From Bacteriovorax stolpii (lineage in GTDB: Bacteria > Bdellovibrionota > UBA2428), in the NCBI GenBank assembly GCA_945881775.1, contig CAMCVE010000007.1:32671-96670 (forward strand): DNA of 64,000 bases, given 5' to 3'. Both the position numbers and the translations under genes were made by a program. Below the pieces are notes generated by a model. It searched no databases, was not told the origin of the DNA, and saw only the letters and a list, made by a program, of their open reading frames with translations. Position 1 is the first letter of the stretch; every line of letters begins with the position of its first letter. This document shows, one piece after another, positions 1 through 10,217 of the stretch.

Positions 1-419
1 GGGTTCTGAGTTTCGAAAAACCAGCTTGCACCCAGCACAACAGCGCAAAAACCTGCGACATTGCCGAAGCTCAAACGGCCGAGCAGATCTTTTAGAGGTG
101 ACACGCTTTCCTGGAAATGTGGCCTGGAAACCTCGACCGGACGATAGGAACCTGAAGACGAAGACCCGGCCGGCCGGGTGCCAGGCAGTATCGAACGCGG
201 GGCCTGAGCCTCCGGAACCGAGAGCGCGAGTGAGAACGCCTCACGCGGCAAAATCTCCGCGGCACGGCGATAAATCATCTGTCCCTGACTAAAACTTTGC
301 TCCTCAATAACATAGTCGTCAGGCGAGAGCTGACCCTGCTGAGCCTGGACATTTAAGTCCTCAAGCTCAAAGGGCCCCTCACAACGACGATTTCTGAGGA
401 GATACCAAACCCGTTCCAC
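1..419 (-). CDS. Hypothetical protein, N-terminal part only (runs off the left edge). Candidate starts are GTG at 419 or ATG at 278.
   Basis: Minus-strand frame stays open from about 425 to position 3 (about 140 codons) and leaves the window. It sits in tandem after the minus gene ending at 495. No other coding candidate exists in 1-494. Translation VERVWYLLRNRRCEGPFELEDLNVQAQQGQLSPDDYVIEE... matches no family I recognise. Confidence 0.3.
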   Translation of the reverse strand, partial: MERVWYLLRNRRCEGPFELEDLNVQAQQGQLSPDDYVIEEQSFSQGQMIYRRAAEILPREAFSLALSVPEAQAPRSILPGTRPAGSSSSGSYRPVEVSRPHFQESVSPLKDLLGRLSFGNVAGFCAVVLGASWFFETQN

Positions 420-494
420 CTCACTCTACTGTAGCGGGTCTTGCTTCGCATCAAAACCCTAAAATCTGAGCAAGATGGTCAAAAAGCCGTCGAA

Positions 495-1121
495 TCAAAT
501 GCCTCGCAGGAGTTCTTGATTCTTTTCTTCACCTTTTTCACGTGCCTTGAGTATTTCATCCCATTGACGCGATAGGTTAAGATTCTGCTTCTTTTCTTTC
601 GCCCTCACGGCTAGGGCCTCGATCATCAGCTTGCGAGAATCTTGGTAGAGACGCCCGGCAATGCCCGTAAGGTGAGCGTGGAGATCGGCGTCAGTTGGCG
701 GAATCACCAGAGGAGGTTGGCCGGGGCGCGCGTATTTTTCGTTCTGAACTTTGTCGAAAAGGCAGACTTGAGCGACGACAAGACGATCTAGAGAGCTTTC
801 CTCTGCGAGATTTGGGAACAGTTCGTTCATCTTCTCGCGCAACGAAATCACCGCAAAGAGTTCGGCGATACCTGGGGCACTTGCACCCTTGCGAGCCGCC
901 ATCACATACAGCGTGGTGTTGAAGAACTCCATAAAATTGGCCGTCTCACGATAAGGGCTCTTACAAGAGTCAGGCAGCGTGATCTCATTCATGCGGCTTT
1001 CCAGGTAACGACTTTCAAAATTTTCCTCACCCGCGGCCCGGAGTCCGACACTCCCCAAAATTAACGCGCAGCACATGAGTCGAAGAAGGTTTCGAAATCT
1101 GTCTCGATTCATAGTATCCAT
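495..1121 (-). CDS. Hypothetical secreted protein (signal peptide MNRDRFRNLLRLMCCALILGSVGLRAAG)
   Basis: The ORF track's longer ORF was trimmed to the Met immediately followed by a signal peptide. The upstream part of the long ORF overlaps the clearly real plus-strand PPIase gene. Confidence 0.55.
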   Translation of the reverse strand: MDTMNRDRFRNLLRLMCCALILGSVGLRAAGEENFESRYLESRMNEITLPDSCKSPYRETANFMEFFNTTLYVMAARKGASAPGIAELFAVISLREKMNELFPNLAEESSLDRLVVAQVCLFDKVQNEKYARPGQPPLVIPPTDADLHAHLTGIAGRLYQDSRKLMIEALAVRAKEKKQNLNLSRQWDEILKAREKGEEKNQELLRGI

Positions 1122-1133
1122 GTGACCAAGTAT

Positions 1134-3137
1134 ATGTCGCGAAAGAATCCATTCAAAGGTGCCATTGTCTTGACGCTCGCTGCCGCTGTGGCGGTGAGTC
1201 TCTATTTCCTTCTCGGCCCGGTTTTCGAGAAATCGGAATCTTCGGTCGATAGTGCCACACTTCTCTTTGGAGGCCTGGGGCGCGACGAGATCTACGAACT
1301 CCAAATCCGTAACCCTTCGACGGGTCTGGTCGTCAAAAAACTCGCCGACCGTGCCGATACATGGACAGTCGCAGCGACTCCTCCACAGGAACTCGCCACC
1401 GCCAACTCGGCACCAAGCTTCGCCGCCGATCCTGGTTCCGTGAATGGAATCCTCTCGACGGTGCTCGCGGCTCGCAAAGAGCAGCAAATGGGAACCCTCA
1501 AGGCGACCAATGTTGGACTCGCGCCAGCCGTCTACGAGCTCAGCGTTCATCACGGCAACAACCAACGCAAAACCTTGCTTCTCGGCTACGACACCCCCGT
1601 GGACTATCTTGTTTACGCCCAGTGGAGCGATAATCCAGAAATTTTTCTCACCTCACGTTCGCTGCGGTTTGGAATCGACAAGAAACTCGCCGAACTCCGT
1701 GACAAAAAGATCTTCAACCTCAAACTCGCCGACCTCAAAGACATTCGCGTCCAGGCCCAGACATCGGGCGACTTCAAAATCCTTAAAGGTTTGCATTTTA
1801 CTAAAGACGACAAGGGAAGTTGGACCGCAGGTTCCGGAAAGCCCGTCGCCATCAAAAGTGAAGAGCTCGCAAACTTCCTCGACACTCTCAACAAAGCGAG
1901 CGTGAAGGATTTCGCTTCCGAGAAATCTGAAGACCGCGTTGCGCTCGGATTTAGGAAACCTGTCCTCGAACTCAGCCTCACCCCCGCCGCCGCAGGCGCC
2001 AAAGCGCAGGTCTGGAAACTCGCTCAGACGAGTGTCACCGAAGAGGGCATCAAAAAATCCAAATACTATTTGGGTGAAGCTTCCGGCGAGGCCACTTTTG
2101 AAGTGAACGCAAGCCTCAGAGATAGCTTCGAAATTGATCTCATGAAATTCCGTGACTCAACAGTCACGCAGATATCCTCGGCCGACGTGAACAGCATCTC
2201 AGTGCAAACATCCGAGGGTGCTCTTGTTACCCTCTTCAAACAGGACCAAGCCTGGAAAGTCCGCACCGAGGACAGCGTTGTCTCTGCAAAAACCGAAAAG
2301 GTGAACGAGATCCTTGCAAAAATCACCCAGCTCCGCGCCACAGAATTCTTCGATGATGGACACACGCGCAAACTCGGACTCGACAAGCCCCTTCGGATCG
2401 TTGAGCTCGTATCGGGCGCCGCAGGATCCTCTAAGACTCAGACCCTCTTCTTCGGCAAAGCTCTCGGCGACGGTCTCCAGGCCGTCAATCTCGAAGGCCT
2501 GAGTTCGCCCGCATCCGTCAAACTCGACGTGGAAAGCCTGCTACCCGCAGACATTGAAGCTTACCGCGTCAAAGCTCCTAAGACTCCCAGTTCAACAAGT
2601 CCCGCCCTCACTACGAAAGGAAAAAAAGTGAAACTCGAAACCACCGTTAGCTCCCCAAAAGACATCCGCAAACTCCCCGCCCCCTTTGTCAAACCCGGCC
2701 ACAAGTACACGGGCACGATGAAGCTCTCAGACGGTAAAACCCTCGAACTCGAGTTCGATGCTGTGAAAGCGCCCTACACTGTTTCGAACTTCCTGCACCT
2801 TGCCCGCAACAAGTTCTACGACAATGTGGTTTTCCACCGCGTGATCCGCGATTTCGTGATCCAAGGCGGCGACCCAACGGGAACCGGCACCGGAGGCCCT
2901 GGCTACAAGTTTGACAACGAAGACAACGACCTCAAACACGTGCGCGGTTCGCTTTCGATGGCGCATGCCGGTCGCAACACCAATGGATCGCAGTTCTTCA
3001 TTGTGTTGCAACCCCAAGGACATCTCAACGGGCTCCACACAGTCTTCGGCAAAGTGACCAAGGGCGAAGAAACCCTTGATCAGATCCCCCAAGGCACCAA
3101 GATGGTCACTGTGGAAGTCTTCGAAGAAGCGCTCTAA
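1134..3137 (+). CDS. Exported or membrane-anchored multidomain protein with a C-terminal cyclophilin-type peptidyl-prolyl cis-trans isomerase domain
   Basis: The C-terminal ~170 aa carry cyclophilin hallmarks (FHRVIRDFVIQGGDPTGTGTGGPGYKFDNE...GSLSMAHAGRNTNGSQFFIV). The N-terminus has a hydrophobic anchor (AIVLTLAAAVAVSLYFLLGP) followed by a ~480-aa domain of unknown function. The ATG at 1134 was chosen over the GTG at 1122. Confidence 0.8.
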   Translation: MSRKNPFKGAIVLTLAAAVAVSLYFLLGPVFEKSESSVDSATLLFGGLGRDEIYELQIRNPSTGLVVKKLADRADTWTVAATPPQELATANSAPSFAADPGSVNGILSTVLAARKEQQMGTLKATNVGLAPAVYELSVHHGNNQRKTLLLGYDTPVDYLVYAQWSDNPEIFLTSRSLRFGIDKKLAELRDKKIFNLKLADLKDIRVQAQTSGDFKILKGLHFTKDDKGSWTAGSGKPVAIKSEELANFLDTLNKASVKDFASEKSEDRVALGFRKPVLELSLTPAAAGAKAQVWKLAQTSVTEEGIKKSKYYLGEASGEATFEVNASLRDSFEIDLMKFRDSTVTQISSADVNSISVQTSEGALVTLFKQDQAWKVRTEDSVVSAKTEKVNEILAKITQLRATEFFDDGHTRKLGLDKPLRIVELVSGAAGSSKTQTLFFGKALGDGLQAVNLEGLSSPASVKLDVESLLPADIEAYRVKAPKTPSSTSPALTTKGKKVKLETTVSSPKDIRKLPAPFVKPGHKYTGTMKLSDGKTLELEFDAVKAPYTVSNFLHLARNKFYDNVVFHRVIRDFVIQGGDPTGTGTGGPGYKFDNEDNDLKHVRGSLSMAHAGRNTNGSQFFIVLQPQGHLNGLHTVFGKVTKGEETLDQIPQGTKMVTVEVFEEAL

Positions 3138-3154
3138 GCGCCCTTCACTCGCAG

Positions 3155-3673
3155 ATGCTCATCATCGAACGCGGTTTCGTTACCCTGCTATGGGTCAGCA
3201 ATTCGTTGCTGGCCCTTGTCTATTTGGCAGCCTGGAATCAGGGGTCGCTGGGCGGAGTCCAGCTGCACATCGTGGGGGCTAGTGTTGCCACATTGCTTGC
3301 GCTTTTCGCCCAAATTTCGACGCTCTTCTATTTTATCGGATCGGGTCGCTGGATCAAAGATCAGGCCGACGAATGGGTCCTTCGCGATAAAGCACGAGCC
3401 TTTCGTATCTGGGAAATCTACCAAAAGGCCAACAAGCTCAAAGCGGGTCCAATGCCGTTTGCGACTTTAGGAATATTCTTTGGTCTTTTTAGCTTTATCC
3501 TCGGAGGCGCACTTCAAGTCGGCGCGATCCCTCTTTGGGTCCACGTAAGTCTTACGAGTCTGCTCCTAGTGAACAACATCGTGGGGCAATTTTTTACACT
3601 CCGCGCCCTCAAGAAGAACCTTATCTATCTCGACATGACGACGCGCGAGATAGAGATTGACTCTCCAGCATAA
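3155..3673 (+). CDS. Hypothetical integral membrane protein
   Basis: 172 aa with 4-5 hydrophobic helices. It directly follows the PPIase gene. Confidence 0.55.
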   Translation: MLIIERGFVTLLWVSNSLLALVYLAAWNQGSLGGVQLHIVGASVATLLALFAQISTLFYFIGSGRWIKDQADEWVLRDKARAFRIWEIYQKANKLKAGPMPFATLGIFFGLFSFILGGALQVGAIPLWVHVSLTSLLLVNNIVGQFFTLRALKKNLIYLDMTTREIEIDSPA

Positions 3674-3696
3674 GTCCCTAATTATTGGAGCCAGCT

Positions 3697-3927
3697 ATGG
3701 CAGATCCCAACGAAAAGCAACCCGAGAACGTTCAAGGAAAATGGTTTGTCGACGTCAATTGCATCGACTGCGATGTCTGCCGCGAAACCGCTCCCAACAA
3801 TTTCACTCAGCAAAAAGCCAAAGGCTACAGCTACGTTTACAAACAGCCCACCACACCGGAAGAAACTGCCCAATGCGACGAGGCCAAAGAGTCCTGCCCC
3901 GTCGAAGCGATCGGTAACGACGGCTGA
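3697..3927 (+). CDS. Small ferredoxin (single Fe-S cluster type)
   Basis: 76 aa with CIDCDVC...C...C spacing typical of small bacterial ferredoxins. A GGAG sits upstream of the ATG at 3697; the track start at 3685 is a TTG. Confidence 0.65.
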   Translation: MADPNEKQPENVQGKWFVDVNCIDCDVCRETAPNNFTQQKAKGYSYVYKQPTTPEETAQCDEAKESCPVEAIGNDG

Positions 3928-3939
3928 GCGACTGCCACA

Positions 3940-4611
3940 ATGAAGAGCACCCCCTGGGTTGTAGCCACGGACTTCGACGGTACGATCACCCAACTTGATG
4001 TCGGCAACGAAATTCATAAATCTCTCAAGCCCGATGAGTTCGTGTCTCTTCAAGCCTCCTACCGCCGAGGTGAGATGGGGCTTAAAGAACTCCAGCGCCG
4101 GATGTGGGAAGACTTCGCCCTGGGCGAGGTCGAATTTCGCAAACGGGCGCGAGCCTTCGGAACACTTCGCGGAGGCGCCAACGAGTTTTTAGAATTTTGC
4201 GCTGACTCCGAAATTCCCGTCTATGTCGCCAGCTGCGGCATTCGAACTTACATCGAAACGGTTCTTGATGCTCTGCTGACTCCCAAAGCACGCGCAGCGA
4301 TCAAGGGCCTTCAGTGCAACAACGCCGTTTTCTCGGGCTCAAAGCTCTCGCAGTTTATTCCGCCACCCTCGAGCTCCGATTCGCCCTATCCCCTCGACAA
4401 GGGCGCGTGGATTCAAGAAATCCGCCGCGAGAAGCATCCGAACTCAAAAGTACTCGGCATCGGTAATGGCACAAGTGACCGAAGCTTTGCGGGGCAAGTC
4501 GATCAATTGGCTGCAACAGAGGCGCTCGCACGCTGGTGTGAAACACAAAAAATTCCTTACCTCGCCTTCGAAAGTTTCTTTGAGCTGATGAGGCCAAGTC
4601 CCTTCACGTGA
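3940..4611 (+). CDS. HAD-superfamily hydrolase (MtnX/phosphoserine-phosphatase-like)
   Basis: N-terminal VVATDFDGTIT matches HAD motif I (DxDGT). Length is 223 aa. Confidence 0.65.
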   Translation: MKSTPWVVATDFDGTITQLDVGNEIHKSLKPDEFVSLQASYRRGEMGLKELQRRMWEDFALGEVEFRKRARAFGTLRGGANEFLEFCADSEIPVYVASCGIRTYIETVLDALLTPKARAAIKGLQCNNAVFSGSKLSQFIPPPSSSDSPYPLDKGAWIQEIRREKHPNSKVLGIGNGTSDRSFAGQVDQLAATEALARWCETQKIPYLAFESFFELMRPSPFT

Positions 4612-6302
4612 AGCATTTCCTCGCCATTTTAGTCGCACTGTTTGTCTTTCCGCTGCAGGCTGCCGTTTACACTCCTGAGACACTTCCGACGCTCGTCAAA
4701 CGAGCCGTTCTCTGGGAGGCCCTCCTCTCCGAGAACCAAATTCGCACCAACTTCGATGGCGTGTCAGAAGGCTCTCTGCTCATCGAGGTTCAAGTCGAGA
4801 CCCGAAACGGATTTAATCTCTACCGGGAGAACCTTCGCATTGGATCGGACGTCGATCCCAGTCTCGGAGAGAACCGCAATTGGATCGTTCGAATCGAAAA
4901 AGAGCCGATTTCGTTTCAATTCATCGACCCGATCACAAAGAAAGTTAAAGAGGGCTTTCGCGGGCAATCTGTTTTTCTCGTGCGCGCTGAACTGCCGCCC
5001 GGAGGCGCGCGAGCGCTGGGCAACGAACACAAACTGCCGCTGCTGATCGACTTCCAAGCCTGCAACGCGGAACTCTGCCTCTTACCTGCGACACTCAAGC
5101 TTGAAGTTCCACTCACGCGCAGTTTAAAAAGTTCCCTTTCAAAGTCGGGGTCTGTCGGAGAGGTTGGCGTCATTGAACGTTGGGCCACAAGCCTGCGCGG
5201 TGTTCTCGAAAGTGATTCTTTCTCTCTGCTGAGTTTTGTGCTGCTTTTTGCGGCTGGGGTCGTTACGGCGTTCACTCCCTGCGTCTATCCCCTCTACCCC
5301 ATCACCCTTGGTATTTTCTCACGCTGGAGCACGCACCACTCAGCGCGAACTCTGTGGCTTTCCGTCTCTTACTGCTTTGGTATGACCTTGTCCTACGCGC
5401 TTCTTGGACTCGTGACGGCGTCCAGTGGGGCGCTCTTCGGAAGTCTCACTCAGAACCCCATTTTCCTTCTCGGTGTGGGTGGAGTGATTTTGCTTTCTGC
5501 TCTGTTTTTCTCGGGACTGATCCCGTTTCAAGCGCCGCTATTTTTACAAAATATTTTTACGCGCCCTGAGGATCCCACAATTCAAGTCCTCAGTCCGTGG
5601 CGCCTCAGCATGAAAGCCGCAGGTATGGGGCTCGGTCTAGGCGTCGTCGCGGCCCCCTGTGTGGGTCCCGTCATTTTGGCGCTCATGGCCTGGCTTGGGA
5701 CTCGATTCGCCACTGGAGAAGCTTCTTATGCTTACGGCTTTTTCTTGCTTGCAGCTTTTGGCGCGGGCATGAGCCTGCCTTTTCTTGTGCTCGCGGAATT
5801 TGTCACCCACGCTAAGAAACTCCCGCGGCTCGGTCGTTTCACACCCTATTTCAAACACCTGGGAACGGTCTTGATGCTAGCAGGCTCTCTCTACTTCATC
5901 GTCCCTGGACTTAAACTTTCAGGACTTCTGCGCGCGGACGTCGTGCAGAAAAAATTTCAAGTGCATAACCTCGAAACGTGGACACAAAAAAAATGGAGCG
6001 TTCTCGATTTCCGAGCCGACTGGTGCGCTGCCTGCCTCGAACTTGAACACGAAACTTTCACGCACTTTGATGTGTCCCCGGTCTTTGAAAAGGGCGAATG
6101 GGACTTTGTGAGCATCGATCTCACGGTCGATTCTCCCGAGAACCGCAAGCTGGCTGCGAGCTGGAATGTGGTTGGACTCCCCACCGTTCTTCTCGTGGCC
6201 CCAGGCGGTACGGTCTGCATGGGGATGGAGCTTTACGGCTTCGAAGATGCGACTGCGTTTCGTAAGCGGCTCGCTGAGGCTCAGAAGCAGTGCACCCAGT
6301 AA
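4608..6302 (+). CDS. dsbD: Thiol:disulfide interchange protein DsbD (protein-disulfide reductase)
   Basis: Signal peptide, a periplasmic N-domain, a CcdA-like transmembrane core with TPCVYPL and APCVGPV cysteines, and a C-terminal thioredoxin fold with WCAAC. The start is a GTG overlapping the upstream stop. Confidence 0.8.
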   Translation: MKHFLAILVALFVFPLQAAVYTPETLPTLVKRAVLWEALLSENQIRTNFDGVSEGSLLIEVQVETRNGFNLYRENLRIGSDVDPSLGENRNWIVRIEKEPISFQFIDPITKKVKEGFRGQSVFLVRAELPPGGARALGNEHKLPLLIDFQACNAELCLLPATLKLEVPLTRSLKSSLSKSGSVGEVGVIERWATSLRGVLESDSFSLLSFVLLFAAGVVTAFTPCVYPLYPITLGIFSRWSTHHSARTLWLSVSYCFGMTLSYALLGLVTASSGALFGSLTQNPIFLLGVGGVILLSALFFSGLIPFQAPLFLQNIFTRPEDPTIQVLSPWRLSMKAAGMGLGLGVVAAPCVGPVILALMAWLGTRFATGEASYAYGFFLLAAFGAGMSLPFLVLAEFVTHAKKLPRLGRFTPYFKHLGTVLMLAGSLYFIVPGLKLSGLLRADVVQKKFQVHNLETWTQKKWSVLDFRADWCAACLELEHETFTHFDVSPVFEKGEWDFVSIDLTVDSPENRKLAASWNVVGLPTVLLVAPGGTVCMGMELYGFEDATAFRKRLAEAQKQCTQ

Positions 6303-7736
6303 ACTGCTTGTTTGTTAGACTCCCCGACACAAAGCCCTTGTTGCTTCAAATCCGAAACCACGGCGTCTCTCTCGGGCCCTGGACCATGAGTTTCGAGCAC
6401 AAACACGTCACCCTTAGGAATCGAACGAGCTCCGCTGCGAAGCTCACCCTGCGAAACATAGTCGACTGAAAGTCCAGTGTACCAAGCCCAGAGTGAGCTC
6501 CGAATAAAAGGATCTTTCCCGTCGCGTGCCTCGATCCAAACAGTGTGGGGCAAGGGTTTGTTTCTCCAAGCGGACTGAATCTCGAGCGCGAGTGGTGGCA
6601 CGCGAGGTTTGTAGACTTGGAAAGAACTGACTTTCAGAAAAATCACAAGAACGACCGAGATCGCAAAAGTCACTTGGCGCAGGCGAAACTCCGTCCAGCT
6701 TGCGGGCAAGAGAGCATCAAGAGCGAGCGCAAGCCACCAAGCAGCCCATGGCAAAAGCATGATCCAGTACTGATGGCCGACACGATCCGCGGGCACATAC
6801 ATCAAAATAAAACTCACAAGCACAACAATCGGCAACCAGCTCACCAGACCCGCAGGTGTGCTACGCCGCCGCCAGATCAGCGCGAGGGGAAGTAGGATCA
6901 AAAGGTAGTGAGTCTCCCTTGCTAGCTCTTTATAGAAGTGCCATCCCAGAAGTCGATGCCAATCCGAGGCGACCGCAAAGCGCCCGCTCCATTGACGTTC
7001 AAAGTAGGTCGTTAAGAAATCGGGGACCGGACTCCGCGACAAGGCCCAAGCGTAGAGTCCAAGGCCGCTCGCAAAAACCGTGAGACAGACTCCTGTCGAA
7101 ACAAGAAGTGGCCTCGGCCGTGCACGCAATCGAGTGAGAACCATGAAGGCCATGGCCGGACCGAAGCCAAGCACCGTGAAGCCCTTCGTGAGAGCCACTC
7201 CAAGCAGCGCTAAGCCCGATAGCACGGCCCAAGCAAGTCTAGCGCGCGCAGCGTCTGACGTTCCCCTTTCAAAGGCAAACAAAGCTAGAAGACCGAAGAA
7301 AAAGGCTTGAGGATCAAGATAAGCGTTCGAGAAGAAATTCGAAACAATTGGAAAGAGCCAAATGAGGATCACCGTGAGCACTCCGGCACGCTTTGAACGC
7401 GCAAGATGCGAGACCCACGCGCACATCACTCCAAGACTGAGCACATAGAAGAGTTGCGAGGGCAGACGTGCCGCCCAGTCTGCGGCTGGTAAAACATTAA
7501 GCAGTGCGGCCAAGGTCCAAAAACCCAAATGAGGGTGTTCCGCGAAATAAGGCTGGAACTCTGGAATCGTCGTGAGGAGTTTCCACCAAGAAGCGCCCTC
7601 AGTTTGGGCCAAATGCCGGGCGATCGTCGCATAGAGCGGACCGTCCATCGAAATTCCCAGCTCGAAATTGTGCAAGCCCACGGAGAGCAGTGCGAGTGCA
7701 AAGATCCATCCTCCGAGGCTGAAAAGACGCTTCATA
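6281..7736 (-). CDS. Polytopic membrane glycosyltransferase, ArnT/PMT-like (GT83/GT39 family)
   Basis: About 485 aa with many TM helices and an architecture resembling undecaprenyl-phosphate sugar transferases of the ArnT family. The start was trimmed to MKRLFSLGGWIFALALL at 7736. Confidence 0.6.
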
Positions 7737-7763
7737 TGAGATAAAAAGAGAAGAACATTTACG

Positions 7764-9026
7764 ATGACGAAGCAAGCAGGCTGGCTCCCTCTTTTTGTGT
7801 TCTTGGTTTTGGTCTGTGGCCTGGGCCTTCGCCTGTGGCAACCAGGCCTCATCGAGTACAAGACCGATGAGTCGTATATGTTTCGCTCCACTCAGGCTGA
7901 AGCACCCTTGAAACCCTTTCCTGCACTGGGCATGCCCTCGGGAGCCAGAGGTCTCGTGAACCCGGGTCTTAGCATCTGGGCCTTCAGCGCCCCCGCACAG
8001 CTCCTGTCTCTCAAGGACCCCCCTGCACTCTCTCGCTTTGTGGGGCTTAGTTTCATTTTCACCCTGCTGGGCCTTTTTGCGTATGTTCTTCGCAAGAAAG
8101 ACTTTACCGCTCGTGAGCGTGAGATCTGGCTTTGGGGGATTGCCCTCAGCGTTGCCAATCCAGTGATGCTTCTGTTTACGCGCAAGATCTGGGCACAAAG
8201 CCTCTTGCCCGTCCTTTCGGTGCTGCTCTTCGTGAGTTGGCTCGAGCGCAAACAGCACCCGGCTTGGCGGCTTAGCCTGGGGTTTTTTGCGGTCCTCATC
8301 GGGCAACTTCACATGAGTGGGTTTTTTCTAGGCGCCGCGGTCCTCATGCGGGAACTTTACGATGCGCTTCGCGCACGAAGCTCGTGGGCGCCCCTCTCTC
8401 TTGGAGTCGTGTTGGGTGGGATCCCAATGATCCCGTGGATCACACAGGTTTTTGTGGGCGGTGGTTCCACAAAAATCCAAGAAGCCGTACTGTCGTCACC
8501 ATCCGCCTGGCCCGAGTTTCTCAAGTTTCGTTTCTGGACTTATGTCGTGAGCTTCGGCTCAGGGCTCAATTTTAATTCAAATCTCGGGCATCACACCCGC
8601 TCGTTTGTAAGCGACCCACTTGTCGCAACAACTCTCACACTCTCCGGACTTCTTGTCGCAGTTCTCATCATTGGATCTCTCAAACGAGTGCCCGCGGTCC
8701 TAAGGCGTCGACCGATCCTTTTGCCATTTCAACGCCTTCGACCCACGGGGCAGCTTTTATGGCTAGGTTTTTTTCTGTGTGGCGTGCTCATGACCCTGAG
8801 CAACCTAAGAATTCAGCGACACTACCTGATTCTTCTCGTCCCTTTACTGGCGCTGGGTCTCTCGCAACTGGCCCTCGCACTCTTCCCACGAAGCGGTCGC
8901 TGGGCCCTAGGAATTTACGTGATTCTGCAACTCGGTCTTTCGGCTGAATTGCTTTCGTATCTCAACAGAAACAACGGCGCCCCCGGAGCTGAGTTCGGCG
9001 TCGCCTACAGGGAGCAAAGCCCATGA
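7764..9026 (+). CDS. Polytopic membrane protein, putative glycosyltransferase (PMT_2/GT39-like)
   Basis: 420 aa with 10+ TM helices, transcribed divergently from the ArnT-like gene. Family assignment is tentative. Confidence 0.5.
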   Translation: MTKQAGWLPLFVFLVLVCGLGLRLWQPGLIEYKTDESYMFRSTQAEAPLKPFPALGMPSGARGLVNPGLSIWAFSAPAQLLSLKDPPALSRFVGLSFIFTLLGLFAYVLRKKDFTAREREIWLWGIALSVANPVMLLFTRKIWAQSLLPVLSVLLFVSWLERKQHPAWRLSLGFFAVLIGQLHMSGFFLGAAVLMRELYDALRARSSWAPLSLGVVLGGIPMIPWITQVFVGGGSTKIQEAVLSSPSAWPEFLKFRFWTYVVSFGSGLNFNSNLGHHTRSFVSDPLVATTLTLSGLLVAVLIIGSLKRVPAVLRRRPILLPFQRLRPTGQLLWLGFFLCGVLMTLSNLRIQRHYLILLVPLLALGLSQLALALFPRSGRWALGIYVILQLGLSAELLSYLNRNNGAPGAEFGVAYREQSP

Positions 9027-10207
9027 CCCAAACCACTCGACCCCGCCTGCCCACTCACTTGCTCGTCGCACTCGCGCTGATTGGTGTTTTACTTTTGGCC
9101 AGCTGTTTCTCGAGACAACTGAGTGGATTTGGATGGGACTTCGAGGCCTACTTCAAGGCCGCAGGTCGCTGGCTCTCAGGCACGACGCCCTACTTTTACG
9201 AGAAGAATTTCTCTTACAAATACTCGCCCGTGATGGTTCTTCCCTTCACCTTCTTCCACCTCTTTAGCTATGAGTTGGCTCGTTGGATCTATGCCGCCTT
9301 GCACGCCGTGGTGGCACTCAGTCTCCCTTACCTGCTGTATTCGATACTCGAGAAAGACACTCGCCTTCATCTGCGTCGCAAACCTGAGACTTTCGCAACC
9401 GGTCTCCTCGTGGCTTTTCTGGCCTCCTTCCGTTTTATCGACGGCGAGTTTCATGTCAGTCAAATCGGACTTTGGATCATCTGGACCTTGCTCGTGGGTG
9501 TCTTCGTCCTGCAAAAAATGGGACATCAGAAGTGGGGTCGCGCGCTGGGACTGGCTCTCATGAGTCTCGCATCACTCGTGAAAATTCACTCATCGATATT
9601 TTTCTTGAGCTTTGTGAAGTGGCGATCAAAGAAAACTTGGGCTTGGATCGGAGGTGTTTTCGTTCTGATTGCCATGCTTCCCGACCCGCGCATGTGGCTG
9701 GATTGGGCCGAACAGATTCGTCGCACCACCTACGATCTTCCGATCAACGAGACTTCAATTAACCTCCAAGGTTTCTACCCCTTCGGTGTCGTACGATTGG
9801 GTCTCAATCAGTTCAGCCCTGAGCCGCTACTTCTCGCAGTACCTTTTTTCATCGCTTGTTTCTTTTTTACCTCTCGCTACTCGCTGCGTGACATTCGTCT
9901 CTCACCTCTCCCGGTGCTTCTCTCCATCTCGTCGTGGCTTCTGCTGGGCTTCATGGCATCGCCCCTGCCCTGGCAGTACACCTACTCGATACTTTGGGTG
10001 CTGATTCCGCTTTCCTGGGTGTCGAGCAGTTCCAGTGAGCGTCGAGCTCTTCTGGTGATCGCACTTTTTCTTGGTCTAAGTCCCCAGGGAATTGTCGGTA
10101 AAGCGGCTTCGATGTGGATCGAATCCCATCACAGCGTGTTCTTCGCGATTCTTTTGTTCTGGATGCTTCTGCTGCGTCAGGCTCATCGTTGGAGACTGCG
10201 CAATTGA
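9023..10207 (+). CDS. GT87/DUF2029 family membrane glycosyltransferase (mannosyltransferase-like)
   Basis: 394 aa polytopic protein. KYSPVMVLPF-type motif and overall topology resemble DUF2029/GT87. It overlaps the upstream gene by 4 nt (ATGA), indicating an operon. Confidence 0.55.
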   Translation: MTQTTRPRLPTHLLVALALIGVLLLASCFSRQLSGFGWDFEAYFKAAGRWLSGTTPYFYEKNFSYKYSPVMVLPFTFFHLFSYELARWIYAALHAVVALSLPYLLYSILEKDTRLHLRRKPETFATGLLVAFLASFRFIDGEFHVSQIGLWIIWTLLVGVFVLQKMGHQKWGRALGLALMSLASLVKIHSSIFFLSFVKWRSKKTWAWIGGVFVLIAMLPDPRMWLDWAEQIRRTTYDLPINETSINLQGFYPFGVVRLGLNQFSPEPLLLAVPFFIACFFFTSRYSLRDIRLSPLPVLLSISSWLLLGFMASPLPWQYTYSILWVLIPLSWVSSSSSERRALLVIALFLGLSPQGIVGKAASMWIESHHSVFFAILLFWMLLLRQAHRWRLRN

Positions 10208-10217
10208 AGGGTGCTCT

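Noticed and set aside
26-292. 88-aa plus ORF at the window start
   Set aside because: Arg/Pro-rich low-complexity translation. The opposite strand carries a longer open frame consistent with the gene order.
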